64,000 nt of DNA, from NCBI GenBank assembly GCA_964420985.1, contig CAYQUT010000002.1, positions 47,546 to 111,545 of the forward strand. The letters are read 5' to 3'. Shown piece after piece: positions 37,065-46,680 of this stretch (the first letter of the stretch is position 1; each line of letters starts with the position of its first letter). This stretch comes from an uncultured Chryseobacterium sp. GTDB taxonomy: Bacteria > Bacteroidota > Bacteroidia > Flavobacteriales_D > Sanyastnellaceae. The notes beneath the pieces were generated by a model. That model searched no databases. It worked only from the letters and a program-made list of their open reading frames with translations, and was not told where the DNA came from. A program made the position numbers and the translations under genes.

Positions 37065-37436
37065 ATGGCTAAAAAAGTAAAAAAAGCGGGTGATGAGCAG
37101 CTCATTGATGTCATCGTACAAGGAATGCAAGAGGTGAAGGCTACCAATATTGTGATAATGGATTTGAGAGAAATTGAGTCAGCGGTCGCCAACTACTTTG
37201 TTATCGCCACAGGTAATAGTTCAACCCAAGTGGAAGCCATTAGCAATTCAGTGGATCGATTCACAGAAGAAAATTTGGATGATAGTCCCAGACGCATCGA
37301 GGGAAAACGCAACGCGAAATGGATTTTGATGGATTATTTTACGGTGTTGGTTCACATTTTTGATGAAGAAACCCGTACATTTTACAACCTAGAACAATTG
37401 TGGGGTGATGCCCAGTTTACAAGAATCGAAGAATAA
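37065..37436 (+). CDS. rsfS: ribosome silencing factor RsfS (iojap family)
   Basis: 123 aa. ...DLREIESAVANYFVIATGNSSTQVEAI...KWILMDYFTVLVHIF is the typical RsfS core. Confidence 0.9.
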   Translation: MAKKVKKAGDEQLIDVIVQGMQEVKATNIVIMDLREIESAVANYFVIATGNSSTQVEAISNSVDRFTEENLDDSPRRIEGKRNAKWILMDYFTVLVHIFDEETRTFYNLEQLWGDAQFTRIEE

Positions 37437-37445
37437 AAAAATTAA

Positions 37446-39491
37446 ATGGCGACAGACAAAAACAAAAAAGCAAAGCCTAAGATGCCAGAGGCTCCCAAGA
37501 ATGTCAATTTTTATTGGGTCTATGGTGTTATAGCTGCGATACTCATTGGAACAATGTTTTTTAACAGTTCTAGTGATGGAAGAGAAACGGATTTTGCAAG
37601 ATTCAAGCAATTTGCAGATAAACATCTGATTGAGAAACTGGAGTATGATGGCAATATAGCCATGATTTATCTGAATGCAAAAGGACAAGACTCTCTAAAA
37701 AATGAAATTGGCACAAATAACAACATGTCTCGTTTTTCGAGAAATGCTGATTATTGGTTTAATATTCCTCCAGGGGATGAATTTGTAAAGGAGATTCAAG
37801 GCACGGGAGAGAAGAATGGTTTTGTAGTGCGCTACCAACCGCCCAATGAAACCGCTCAGGGATTAATCTGGTGGATTATTATGTTGGGTGTAATGATTTT
37901 AGGATGGGTACTCATCATGCGTCGCATGGGCGGTGGTGGCGGTGGCGGCGGGCAAATCTTTAACATTGGAAAGTCAAAGGCCACTCTTTTTGAAAAAGGA
38001 AAAGGAACGCAGGTCACTTTTAATGATGTCGCAGGTTTAGAAGGTGCCAAAGAGGAGATTCAAGAAATTGTAGAGTTTTTGAAGAACCCTAAGAAATACA
38101 CAGAGTTGGGGGCAAAAATACCCAAAGGTGCATTGCTTGTTGGATCTCCAGGAACTGGAAAGACGTTATTGGCCAAAGCTGTCGCAGGTGAGGCGCAAGT
38201 TCCTTTTTTCTCTCTTTCTGGAAGTGATTTCGTCGAAATGTTTGTGGGCGTTGGGGCTAGTCGTGTGCGTGACCTATTTCGTCAAGCCAAGGAGAAAGCT
38301 CCAGCCATTATTTTTATCGATGAAATTGACGCCATAGGAAGAGCCAGAAGTAAAAATTTGAATTTTGGAAGCAATGATGAGCGGGAGAATACCCTCAATC
38401 AGTTGCTAACAGAAATGGACGGATTTGGAACAAATTCAGGAGTTATTATTTTGGCAGCAACCAACCGAGCAGATATCCTAGATAAAGCACTGTTACGTGC
38501 AGGAAGGTTTGATCGACAAATCTATGTGGACATGCCTGATGTGAAGGAGCGCGTTCAGATTTTCAATGTCCATTTGGCCAATATTAAAAAAGGTACTGAG
38601 TTGGATGTTGAATTCTTGGCTAAACAAACACCAGGTTTTAGTGGAGCAGATATCGCCAATGTTTGTAATGAAGCCGCACTTATCGCTGCAAGAAAAGGCC
38701 ACACTGAAGTGGGTAAGCAAGACTTTTTAGATGCAGTAGATCGCATCATTGGCGGATTGGAAAAGAAGAATAAAATTATATCTGTTGACGAGAAAAAGAC
38801 CATAGCTTACCATGAGAGTGGACACGCTCTAGTCAGCTGGTTATTGCGTTACGCTTCACCTTTGGTAAAAGTGACCATTGTACCTCGTGGAAGATCTCTT
38901 GGAGCGGCGTGGTATTTACCAGAGGAGCGTCAAATAACGACTACGGAGCAAATATTGGATGACATGTGCGCAGCCCTTGGAGGAAGAGCGGCTGAAGAAG
39001 TAGCTTTTGGGAAAATTTCAACAGGAGCATTATCTGATTTGGAGAAGGTAACCAAACAGGCCTATGCCATGGTGAGCATTTATGGTTTAAATGAGAAGAT
39101 AGGCAACCGTAGTTATTACGATAGTACGGGAGATTCTCAGTTTCAAAAACCCTATAGTGATGAAACGGCAAGAATAATTGACGAAGAAGTCAGTAAGATC
39201 ATAGAAGAAACGTACGTTAAGGCCAAAGAGTTGTTAAGTGCACATAAAGAACAATTGGATAGATTGGCTGCAAAGCTTTTGGAAAAAGAAGTTATTTTTA
39301 AAGATGATTTGATTGAAGTATTGGGCCCGAGACCTTGGGAGGAAGAAATCAAACCTGTAGAGATCGAAAAGACAGTAGAAGAAGGTTTACCAAAGGCAAC
39401 ACCTGAATCCTCTAATGAAGTTTCGGTTGACAATGATGAAATAAAACCAGTAGATCCAATCGCTGAATCACCAGCAAGTAGCAATGAGTAA
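37446..39491 (+). CDS. ftsH: ATP-dependent zinc metalloprotease FtsH
   Basis: Two TM helices, Walker A GSPGTGKT, Walker [13 protein letters not shown] region, and zinc motif HESGHAL. Confidence 0.97.
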   Translation: MATDKNKKAKPKMPEAPKNVNFYWVYGVIAAILIGTMFFNSSSDGRETDFARFKQFADKHLIEKLEYDGNIAMIYLNAKGQDSLKNEIGTNNNMSRFSRNADYWFNIPPGDEFVKEIQGTGEKNGFVVRYQPPNETAQGLIWWIIMLGVMILGWVLIMRRMGGGGGGGGQIFNIGKSKATLFEKGKGTQVTFNDVAGLEGAKEEIQEIVEFLKNPKKYTELGAKIPKGALLVGSPGTGKTLLAKAVAGEAQVPFFSLSGSDFVEMFVGVGASRVRDLFRQAKEKAPAIIFIDEIDAIGRARSKNLNFGSNDERENTLNQLLTEMDGFGTNSGVIILAATNRADILDKALLRAGRFDRQIYVDMPDVKERVQIFNVHLANIKKGTELDVEFLAKQTPGFSGADIANVCNEAALIAARKGHTEVGKQDFLDAVDRIIGGLEKKNKIISVDEKKTIAYHESGHALVSWLLRYASPLVKVTIVPRGRSLGAAWYLPEERQITTTEQILDDMCAALGGRAAEEVAFGKISTGALSDLEKVTKQAYAMVSIYGLNEKIGNRSYYDSTGDSQFQKPYSDETARIIDEEVSKIIEETYVKAKELLSAHKEQLDRLAAKLLEKEVIFKDDLIEVLGPRPWEEEIKPVEIEKTVEEGLPKATPESSNEVSVDNDEIKPVDPIAESPASSNE

Positions 39492-40311
39492 TCTTGTTAT
39501 AAGATCCATAACCGGACTAATATTTGGACTAGCCATGATTGGTGCCTTTCTTTGGGGACCTACTGCAACGGCTGTTTTATTCTTGCTTTGGGTTTTTGTC
39601 GGATCTCATGAATTTTATCAATTGACGGGAGCATCCTCTCATCGCGCCTGGGGAGGCATAGTTCTCGGGGTAACATTTTACATTTTTTTCTTTTTAATAG
39701 GCTCAGAAGTCTTGACCTACCGAGATTTGGTTTTTTTGTTGCCTGTATTTGTGTTGCTGATGACCCTGGAGTTGGTGGTTTTAAGGCCTCACTTTGCAAT
39801 GGATTTTGCCAGGGTATTGATGGGGTGGGTATACGTAGCTTTACCGATGTCTTTGGTGAGCTCATATGCCTTTCTGCCCGGTGAATACACCCCTTGGTTG
39901 CCGATAACATTCTTTGCTTTGTTGTGGGTCAACGATTCCGGTGCCTATTTTGTCGGGAGGTCTTTGGGCAAAACGAAATTGTTTGAGAAAGTTTCTCCCA
40001 AGAAAACTTGGGAGGGTTTTATTGGAGGTTTATTGGCGACTGTCGCCTGCGGTTTGGCTTTTAGTCAATTCGACATGATTCAAAATGATTTGTTTTTAAT
40101 GACAACCCCTCATTGGATAATTTTGTCATTGATTATTTCCATATTTGGTACCATCGGTGATCTGATAGAATCACATTTGAAGCGAACGGCCAATGTCAAG
40201 GACTCTGGTGTTTTAATACCAGGTCATGGAGGAGTTTTAGATCGATTTGATGGGTATTTAATGGCCATGCCTATGGCCTACACTTTTGTTTATTTAATTT
40301 ATCGCATATGA
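39484..40311 (+). CDS. cdsA: phosphatidate cytidylyltransferase
   Basis: Polytopic membrane protein with the CdsA signature SHLKRTANVKDSGVLIPGHGGVLDRFD. Confidence 0.9.
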   Translation: MSNLVIRSITGLIFGLAMIGAFLWGPTATAVLFLLWVFVGSHEFYQLTGASSHRAWGGIVLGVTFYIFFFLIGSEVLTYRDLVFLLPVFVLLMTLELVVLRPHFAMDFARVLMGWVYVALPMSLVSSYAFLPGEYTPWLPITFFALLWVNDSGAYFVGRSLGKTKLFEKVSPKKTWEGFIGGLLATVACGLAFSQFDMIQNDLFLMTTPHWIILSLIISIFGTIGDLIESHLKRTANVKDSGVLIPGHGGVLDRFDGYLMAMPMAYTFVYLIYRI

Positions 40312-40961
40312 CCATTCACAAGGAAGGAAGGGGGTTGGTAATTGTTACAACACTCATTTTAGGTTTAGTTGTATTTTGGATCAAACAGACAGAGGGTTTG
40401 TTTTGGTTGAAATTTTTTGTCACCGCAGCGGTGGTTTTTTTATGGGTATCCTTTCTGCAATTTTTTCGTTTGCCCAATAGAAAGAACCAAGCCAATTCCA
40501 ATGAGTTGGTTGCGCCTTGTGATGGAAAAGTTGTTGTCATTGAGGAAGTGGAGGAACCAGAATATTTTCAAGACAGAAGAATCCAGGTTTCTATTTTTAT
40601 GTCTCCAATAAATGTTCATGCCAATTGGACGCCTATTGCTGGTGATGTGACCTACGTGAAATACCATCCGGGTAAATATTTGGTGGCATGGCATCCAAAG
40701 AGCTCTACTGAGAATGAACGCACTACTGTTGTTGTTAAAGCCAATAATGGAAAGGAGGTTTTGTTTAGACAAATAGCTGGAGCTTTGGCTCGAAGAATTT
40801 GTTATTATGTTCAGCCCAATCAGAAAATCGCACAAGGTGAAGAGTTTGGATTCATTAAGTTTGGTAGTCGTGTAGATTTGTATTTCCCGCTGGGTACCAA
40901 TATCCAATGTAAAATAGGTGATGTTACTACTGGAAATCAAACTGTGATTGCCAACTGGTAA
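40308..40961 (+). CDS. psd: phosphatidylserine decarboxylase (short, membrane-anchored type)
   Basis: N-terminal TM helices and a self-cleavage-type FGSRVD motif near the C-terminus. ATGA overlap with cdsA. Confidence 0.85.
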   Translation: MTIHKEGRGLVIVTTLILGLVVFWIKQTEGLFWLKFFVTAAVVFLWVSFLQFFRLPNRKNQANSNELVAPCDGKVVVIEEVEEPEYFQDRRIQVSIFMSPINVHANWTPIAGDVTYVKYHPGKYLVAWHPKSSTENERTTVVVKANNGKEVLFRQIAGALARRICYYVQPNQKIAQGEEFGFIKFGSRVDLYFPLGTNIQCKIGDVTTGNQTVIANW

Positions 40962-40983
40962 AATTTTTTAGGTATAGAGAAAT

Positions 40984-41012
40984 AAAAAGGGGATCCACAG
41001 ATCCCCTTTTTT
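40984..41012. terminator. bidirectional rho-independent terminator
   Basis: aaaa-ggggatc-caca-gatcccc-tttttt between convergent psd (+) and the usp gene (-). Confidence 0.8.
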
Positions 41013-41031
41013 CATAGAAACAAAGCAAAAT

Positions 41032-41871
41032 TTATTTGATAAATTCCACGTCTTTAATGGTTGTACTGATGGCATTAACACAAAGCACAGGAATTTGAGC
41101 ATCATTGTTAATCACTTGTTGTTCTTCAGAGGAGCTAAACATTCCCATAAAGCCGCTGTCATGTGAGTTCACGATACAAATCAAATCAGCCTCGATGGCT
41201 GCAGCATATTTAATCATGGATTTGACAAAAGACTTGTTTTCGGTAATTTCAACTTCATAGTCAATTCCTCTTCCCTCCAAGTATTCCGCGGCAAAGGCTA
41301 GATTGCGTTCCAATTGATTTTTAAGAAACTCGTCTGTTTCATTTGGTGATACCAAATAGACTTTTGAGTTAAAATATTTTGCCATGTTACCAACAGAAGT
41401 CAACTTTTGTTTGGTTTCCTTTTGTAGATCCATTGGAACCACGAGCTTGTGATAACCATGTGTACGAATTGTTCTTTCTTGTGTTACAATAAAGGGTACC
41501 AAGGATTCAGTCACAATTTTCAACGCACGGCTTCCTGTTAAAAATTGCATTCCTCTGATACCATGGGTTCCCATGATAATAAGGTCAGCTTCCATTTCAG
41601 AAGATACTTTATCGATGTCTTCAAAAATGTTCCCGATGCGAACAATTGTTTCAATGTTTTCTCCTTTCTCTGATCTGACCCATTCCTTCAAAGCGCTCAT
41701 CTTTGCCTTGGCTTCTGACACTTGAAATTTATTGTCGATGATGTGGGTAACATAAACAGTGGCCTTAATTGTTTTTCCCATGAGCAAAGCATGCTCCAAA
41801 GCAACTTCGCTGACACGAGTAAAGTCATATGGGGTGATAATCTTCTTTTCCATAACCATAAATTTCCTCAA
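41032..41871 (-). CDS. universal stress protein (tandem UspA domains)
   Basis: 279 aa. Two Usp-like halves with ...DLIIMGTHG..G and ...DLICIVNS. The start could be the internal MEKK. Confidence 0.75.
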   Translation of the reverse strand: MRKFMVMEKKIITPYDFTRVSEVALEHALLMGKTIKATVYVTHIIDNKFQVSEAKAKMSALKEWVRSEKGENIETIVRIGNIFEDIDKVSSEMEADLIIMGTHGIRGMQFLTGSRALKIVTESLVPFIVTQERTIRTHGYHKLVVPMDLQKETKQKLTSVGNMAKYFNSKVYLVSPNETDEFLKNQLERNLAFAAEYLEGRGIDYEVEITENKSFVKSMIKYAAAIEADLICIVNSHDSGFMGMFSSSEEQQVINNDAQIPVLCVNAISTTIKDVEFIK

Positions 41872-41894
41872 AAATACGGATAAAAAAACAAAGA

Positions 41895-42671
41895 TTAATC
41901 AGATTTAACGACTTCAAGAAAGGCAAGGATGATGGATAAAAATTCTTGAGGGGCTTCTGCATGAACCCAGTGCCCTGCTTTTTCAATGGATTGGAATGTT
42001 GCATTGGGAAATCCATTCTCGATGGATGGATAATCTTCGGGAAGAATATAATTGGATTGACCGCCCCTGAGGAAAAGTGTTTCCAAGTCAACATTTACAG
42101 GTGGGACGGCTTGAAGAATATTGTTGATGTTTTTTTCCAAAACAGAAGCATTGAAACGCCAAGCTAATATTCCTTCTTCTATCCAATACATGTTTTTCAG
42201 GATAAACTGTTGGGTTGAAACATCAGGAATGAAAGGTGAAATGCGCAACTCGGCTTCTTTTCTGCTGGGGCAATGTTCAATATCCACTGCATGTATGGCA
42301 TTAAAAATAGGACCATGATGGGGAGGATACGCTTTAATTCCCATATCAATCACCATCAATTTATTGATTTTTTCAGGGTAGATTTGCGCAAAGAACATTG
42401 CTGTTTTCCCACCCATAGAATGACCCATAAGATGCGCCCTTGAAATTCCAAGGGACTCCATAGTTTCAGCCAAATCTTTTGCCATCAATGGGTAATTCAT
42501 TTCATCAGAGTGAGCGCTATGGCCGTGATTTCTTTGATCAATCAGCGTCACCTTGTACCACTGGCTCAGATACCTGGCGTGCGTTTGCCAATTATCACCA
42601 GAGCCAAACAATCCATGCAAAATGATTAAATCGTCTCCTTCGTCTCCTATTGTTCTATGATACAACTTCAT
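41895..42671 (-). CDS. alpha/beta hydrolase (YbfF-like esterase)
   Basis: HGLFGS oxyanion region and nucleophile elbow GHSMGG. A C-terminal His is in AGHWVH. Confidence 0.8.
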   Translation of the reverse strand: MKLYHRTIGDEGDDLIILHGLFGSGDNWQTHARYLSQWYKVTLIDQRNHGHSAHSDEMNYPLMAKDLAETMESLGISRAHLMGHSMGGKTAMFFAQIYPEKINKLMVIDMGIKAYPPHHGPIFNAIHAVDIEHCPSRKEAELRISPFIPDVSTQQFILKNMYWIEEGILAWRFNASVLEKNINNILQAVPPVNVDLETLFLRGGQSNYILPEDYPSIENGFPNATFQSIEKAGHWVHAEAPQEFLSIILAFLEVVKSD

Positions 42672-43393
42672 AAATGGCTTGGATTGAGTTGATGCAGATA
42701 CATTTTGATGGTGTTGTCTAATCCAAAGTAGAGAGCATCGGATATTAAGGCGTGACCAATAGATACCTCATCGATGAATGAAATCTGCTCTCCAAAGAAT
42801 CTCAAATTTTCAAGTGATAAATCATGTCCAGCATTAATGCCCAACCCTAATTCCTTTGCTAAAGCAGCTGCAGATAGGTATGGGGCAATCGCGTGGTCTC
42901 GATTTTTATTGTAATCGGATGCAAAAGATTCGGTGTATAGTTCAATGCGATCGGTTCCGGTATTTTTGGCACCCTCTATTTGCGCGGAAATGGGATCTAC
43001 GAAAATACTGGTACGTATTCCATGCTTTCTGAATTCTGATATAACCTCTCTTAAGAAACCTTGATTTTTGATGGTATCCCAGCCTGCGTTTGAGGTCAGC
43101 GCCTCTGGAGCATCAGGAACCAAAGTTACTTGATGGGGTTGGGTTCGAATGACCAATTGAATAAAATCATCCGTAGGATTGCCTTCAACATTGAGCTCTG
43201 TTTTCACCACACTTTTCAGATCTAATACGTCTTGATAGCGGATGTGTCGCTCATCTGGTCTTGGATGAACGGTTATGCCATGTGCACCGTAGGATTCTAT
43301 TTTTTGTGCTGCCGCCAAGATATCTGGGGTATTTCCACCTCGGGCATTTCTTATGGTAGCTATTTTGTTGATGTTGACACTCAGTTTGATCAT
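42668..43393 (-). CDS. pdxJ: pyridoxine 5'-phosphate synthase
   Basis: MIKLSVNINKIATIRNARGG...HPRPDERHI...VEGNP...IGHALI. The ATG at 43393 is preferred, because the track's 43501 start adds 36 non-homologous residues and overlaps the divergent gene. Confidence 0.92.
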   Translation of the reverse strand: MIKLSVNINKIATIRNARGGNTPDILAAAQKIESYGAHGITVHPRPDERHIRYQDVLDLKSVVKTELNVEGNPTDDFIQLVIRTQPHQVTLVPDAPEALTSNAGWDTIKNQGFLREVISEFRKHGIRTSIFVDPISAQIEGAKNTGTDRIELYTESFASDYNKNRDHAIAPYLSAAALAKELGLGINAGHDLSLENLRFFGEQISFIDEVSIGHALISDALYFGLDNTIKMYLHQLNPSHL

Positions 43394-43488
43394 ACTGTTG
43401 GCAAAAATGCGGCTAAATGCATTTAACTTCAATTGTTTTTTAAAAATTTGAAAGTGGAGACATTCTTTTCCTTTCTTTGCTCTTGAAA

Positions 43489-44145
43489 ATGAAAACGGCA
43501 TCTCAAATTATCGACGCCCAAGTCCCTACTTTAAGTGAGGATTTTGAGGTTTCCTTGGCTTTGCGTTTGATGGATGAATGCGGCGTGACAGAGTTGCCTA
43601 TTGTGGTAAATGAAGTATTCAAAGGTCTAATCAGCGAGAGTCAATTATTGGACATTGATGGTGATGATACTTTTATCATGCCCGCTTTATCTCATTGGAA
43701 CATGGGTTCTGATGATCACTTTTTCACAATGGTTCACCAATTTGCTCGATATCAAACATCCATTGCTCCTGTTGTAGGTAAGGACAACCGATACTTGGGT
43801 TGTGTTACACGTGAAGATTTGGTTGATGTATTGAACGATATGACGTCAGCTCAGATAGATGGTGGAGTTGTATTGTTGGAAATGAACCCAAGAGATTACA
43901 CTCTTCAGCAAATAGCACGAATTGTTGAGGAGAACGATGCCAAAGTTTTGACTCTTTTTGCCTATCCCAATGAAAGAGGTATGACGGAGGTTGTTTTAAA
44001 ATTGGATGTGAAAAATGTCAATGCCATCATTCGAAGTTTGGAGCGTTTTGAATATCGGGTTCGGGCTACCTTTCAGCACCCAGAAGCCAACATTGATCTG
44101 TTGGATCGATATGATACGTTGATGCGATTTTTGGATGAAGATTAA
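43489..44145 (+). CDS. CBS domain pair protein
   Basis: Two CBS-like repeats (VTELPIVVNEVFKGLISESQLL; SIAPVVGKDNRYLGCVTREDLV) plus a C-terminal ACT-like part. The ATG at 43489 is preferred. Confidence 0.7.
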   Translation: MKTASQIIDAQVPTLSEDFEVSLALRLMDECGVTELPIVVNEVFKGLISESQLLDIDGDDTFIMPALSHWNMGSDDHFFTMVHQFARYQTSIAPVVGKDNRYLGCVTREDLVDVLNDMTSAQIDGGVVLLEMNPRDYTLQQIARIVEENDAKVLTLFAYPNERGMTEVVLKLDVKNVNAIIRSLERFEYRVRATFQHPEANIDLLDRYDTLMRFLDED

Positions 44146-44148
44146 ACC

Positions 44149-45024
44149 ATGAAGATTTTTCTCTATTCTCGGAAGTTAGAAATGGACCACTTGGAGTACA
44201 TCAATCAGTGGGTGGAATTCTTGGTTAGACGTGGATGCCAATTGTTTGTTCAGGAGAATTTCTTGTCTGCTAATCTCAGTTTTTCTCCTTGGAGAGAGCA
44301 CTTTCATTTGGTGACGGAAAATAACCAAATAGAAGATGTGGATTTAGCCGTTGGTATAGGTGGAGATGGAACATTATTGGAGCTTTCAAGATTTATTGGC
44401 AATTATCGCATTCCCATTATCGGGGTGAATACAGGCAGATTGGGTTTTCTATCGGTTGTTCAGTTGCATCAGGCCAAGGAGAGTTTTGAGTGGATTTTGA
44501 ATCAAGAATTTGAGATTGAACACAGAAGTTTTATTTCTGTTTCCCAATCAGATAATGAGGAAGTTATATTTCCCAATGCGCTCAACGAAATTGTTATTGT
44601 AGGGTATCCTCACAACACCATGATTTCCGTTCATGCGTACGTGAATGATAGATTTTTGGCTACTTACTGGGCGGATGGCTTAATGTTAGCTACCCCTACG
44701 GGTTCAACCGCTTACTCCCTAAGTTGTGGAGGTCCTATCGTTTCTCCAGATACCAATAGTTTTATCATTACTCCCATTGCTCCGCATAATCTGAATGTAC
44801 GCCCATTGATTATCCCCATGTCGCAAAAGGTAACCTTTATTCCAGAGAGCAGGGAAGGAAAGTTCATGATGAATATTGATGGCCAAGGTCACGTGATTCA
44901 AAGCGGATCAAGAATGGTTATGGAAAGGGCACAAAACGAATTACGTTTGGTAAAGCTCAAAGGGTCCGATTTCTTTGATACCATCAGAAATAAGATGGGT
45001 TGGGGTTTTGATCAACGCAATTGA
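44149..45024 (+). CDS. nadK: NAD+ kinase
   Basis: GGDGT motif (VGIGGDGTLL), NEIVI, and TPTGSTAYSLSCGGPIV. Confidence 0.93.
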   Translation: MKIFLYSRKLEMDHLEYINQWVEFLVRRGCQLFVQENFLSANLSFSPWREHFHLVTENNQIEDVDLAVGIGGDGTLLELSRFIGNYRIPIIGVNTGRLGFLSVVQLHQAKESFEWILNQEFEIEHRSFISVSQSDNEEVIFPNALNEIVIVGYPHNTMISVHAYVNDRFLATYWADGLMLATPTGSTAYSLSCGGPIVSPDTNSFIITPIAPHNLNVRPLIIPMSQKVTFIPESREGKFMMNIDGQGHVIQSGSRMVMERAQNELRLVKLKGSDFFDTIRNKMGWGFDQRN

Positions 45025-45052
45025 TTTTCACAATTTGCGTTACCTTAGTGGC

Positions 45053-45901
45053 ATGAAGATTTGGGGCATTATATTGACAATTTTTATTTTTATCGGTCTC
45101 GATCTTTCATCAATTGCTCAGACGAGCAGAAAAAATAAAAGTCACGAGCTAGGATTCAATTTCGGGGGTGGGTATTACATCGGAGAAATCAACCCGCATT
45201 ATGAAAATATCTTTCAGCAGTCCAAATTTAGTTTTGGGATGAGCTACAAACGTTTTTTTAGCAAGCGTTGGGGGGTGCGGGCTTCTGCAATATATGGCAA
45301 TACTGAGGCCTGGGATAAGAATAGTGCTGATCCATTGCAGCAATACAGAAATTTGAATTTCAGAAATCGATTCTATGAATTTGGATTGGTGGGTGAAATT
45401 AATTTTTTTGATTACCAGATGAATTCAAAGGAGTGGATTACCCCATACATGTTTGGTGGAATGGCCTACTACATGATGAATCCTGAAGGATTTTATCAGG
45501 GAGGATGGATTCCGCTTCAAACAATGTATACAGAAGCTCAAACGCCGGCTACTCAATACAAATTAAATGGACTTGCTCTTCCTTTTGGGGTAGGTTTTAA
45601 GTTTAATGTTCTTGGGGCATTGGGCTTTTCTTTTGAATGGAGTATGAGAAAAACGTGGACAGATTATTTTGATGATGTCTCAGGTATTTATCCTGATAAA
45701 CAATTGCAAATGGCGCAATATGGACCTTTAAGTGCTGGTCTGTCTGACCCTTCCTTGCAAGGGCAAATTGCAATGGGTAATGGAGTATACACCAATAACA
45801 ATATTCAAAGGGGTGATCCGTCAAACAATGATCATTATGGATTCTTTTTGGCATCCCTCATGATAAGATTGGATAAACCCGCCACCAATTGCTTCAAATA
45901 G
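45053..45901 (+). CDS. outer-membrane beta-barrel protein (DUF6089-like)
   Basis: Signal peptide from the ATG at 45053 (MKIWGIILTIFIFIGLDLSSIAQ). Aromatic-rich alternating strands. Conserved position between nadK and uppS. Confidence 0.65.
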   Translation: MKIWGIILTIFIFIGLDLSSIAQTSRKNKSHELGFNFGGGYYIGEINPHYENIFQQSKFSFGMSYKRFFSKRWGVRASAIYGNTEAWDKNSADPLQQYRNLNFRNRFYEFGLVGEINFFDYQMNSKEWITPYMFGGMAYYMMNPEGFYQGGWIPLQTMYTEAQTPATQYKLNGLALPFGVGFKFNVLGALGFSFEWSMRKTWTDYFDDVSGIYPDKQLQMAQYGPLSAGLSDPSLQGQIAMGNGVYTNNNIQRGDPSNNDHYGFFLASLMIRLDKPATNCFK

Positions 45902-46680
45902 GTGGTTTCTTTTTACTTTTGCCCGTCATATTGCAAGTGAGCCAGAGTTTATTCGATCATATCAAGCCGGAATTCGTTCCTCAGCACGTCGCCATCATTA
46001 TGGATGGCAATGGACGTTGGGCCAAACAACAGGGCAAAGATCGCGTTTTTGGTCATTTTCAAGGTGTAGAATCTGTTAGAAGCGCTGTAAAAGCGGCCAT
46101 CAAGTCCAAAGTAAAATTTTTGACTTTGTATGCTTTTTCTACTGAGAATTGGAACAGACCTAAGGAAGAAGTGGATGCCTTGATGGAATTGTTGGTGAAT
46201 ACCATCCTCAGAGAGGTCCCATCACTGAACGAGCAAGGAATACGACTCCGTTTCATTGGAGACAGAGCAAGTCTTCCTGCATCTTGCGTTGCCGCTATGG
46301 TTGAGGCAGAGAATTTAACCCATCAAAACAACACTCTACAGTTGATTCTTGCTTTAAGTTATAGTGCCAGATGGGAAATAACCCAAGCGGTGAAAAAAAT
46401 GTTGGACGACAACGTTAAAAGTGATGAGGTGAGTGACGAATTGTTCTCTAATTACCTTGACACCAAAGATATCCCAGATCCTGAACTACTCATTAGAACC
46501 AGTGGAGAATTGCGCATTAGCAATTTTTTGCTTTGGCAAATTGCCTATGCGGAGCTATTTTTCACCCAGGCTTTTTGGCCTGACTTTAATGAAGAATTAT
46601 TTTTTGAAGCTATACTATCTTATCAAAGCAGAGAGCGCCGTTTTGGCAAAACATCTGACCAAATGAAACCAACAGCATGA
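45889..46680 (+). CDS. uppS: isoprenyl transferase (undecaprenyl-diphosphate synthase)
   Basis: HVAIIMDGNGRWA, FSTENWNRP and RTSGELRISNFLLWQ. The true start is probably internal (TTG 45931 or GTG 45937), since the track's TTG at 45889 overlaps the upstream gene. Confidence 0.9.
   Translation: MLQIGGFFLLLPVILQVSQSLFDHIKPEFVPQHVAIIMDGNGRWAKQQGKDRVFGHFQGVESVRSAVKAAIKSKVKFLTLYAFSTENWNRPKEEVDALMELLVNTILREVPSLNEQGIRLRFIGDRASLPASCVAAMVEAENLTHQNNTLQLILALSYSARWEITQAVKKMLDDNVKSDEVSDELFSNYLDTKDIPDPELLIRTSGELRISNFLLWQIAYAELFFTQAFWPDFNEELFFEAILSYQSRERRFGKTSDQMKPTA

Noticed and set aside
37929-37952. The eight-glycine run in FtsH ([12 protein letters not shown]) could be a slipped-strand phase-variation tract.
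   Set aside because: It is encoded by mixed GGC/GGT/GGG codons (ggcggtggtggcggtggcggcggg), not a homopolymer or simple dinucleotide tract. A Gly-rich linker at this position is normal for FtsH.
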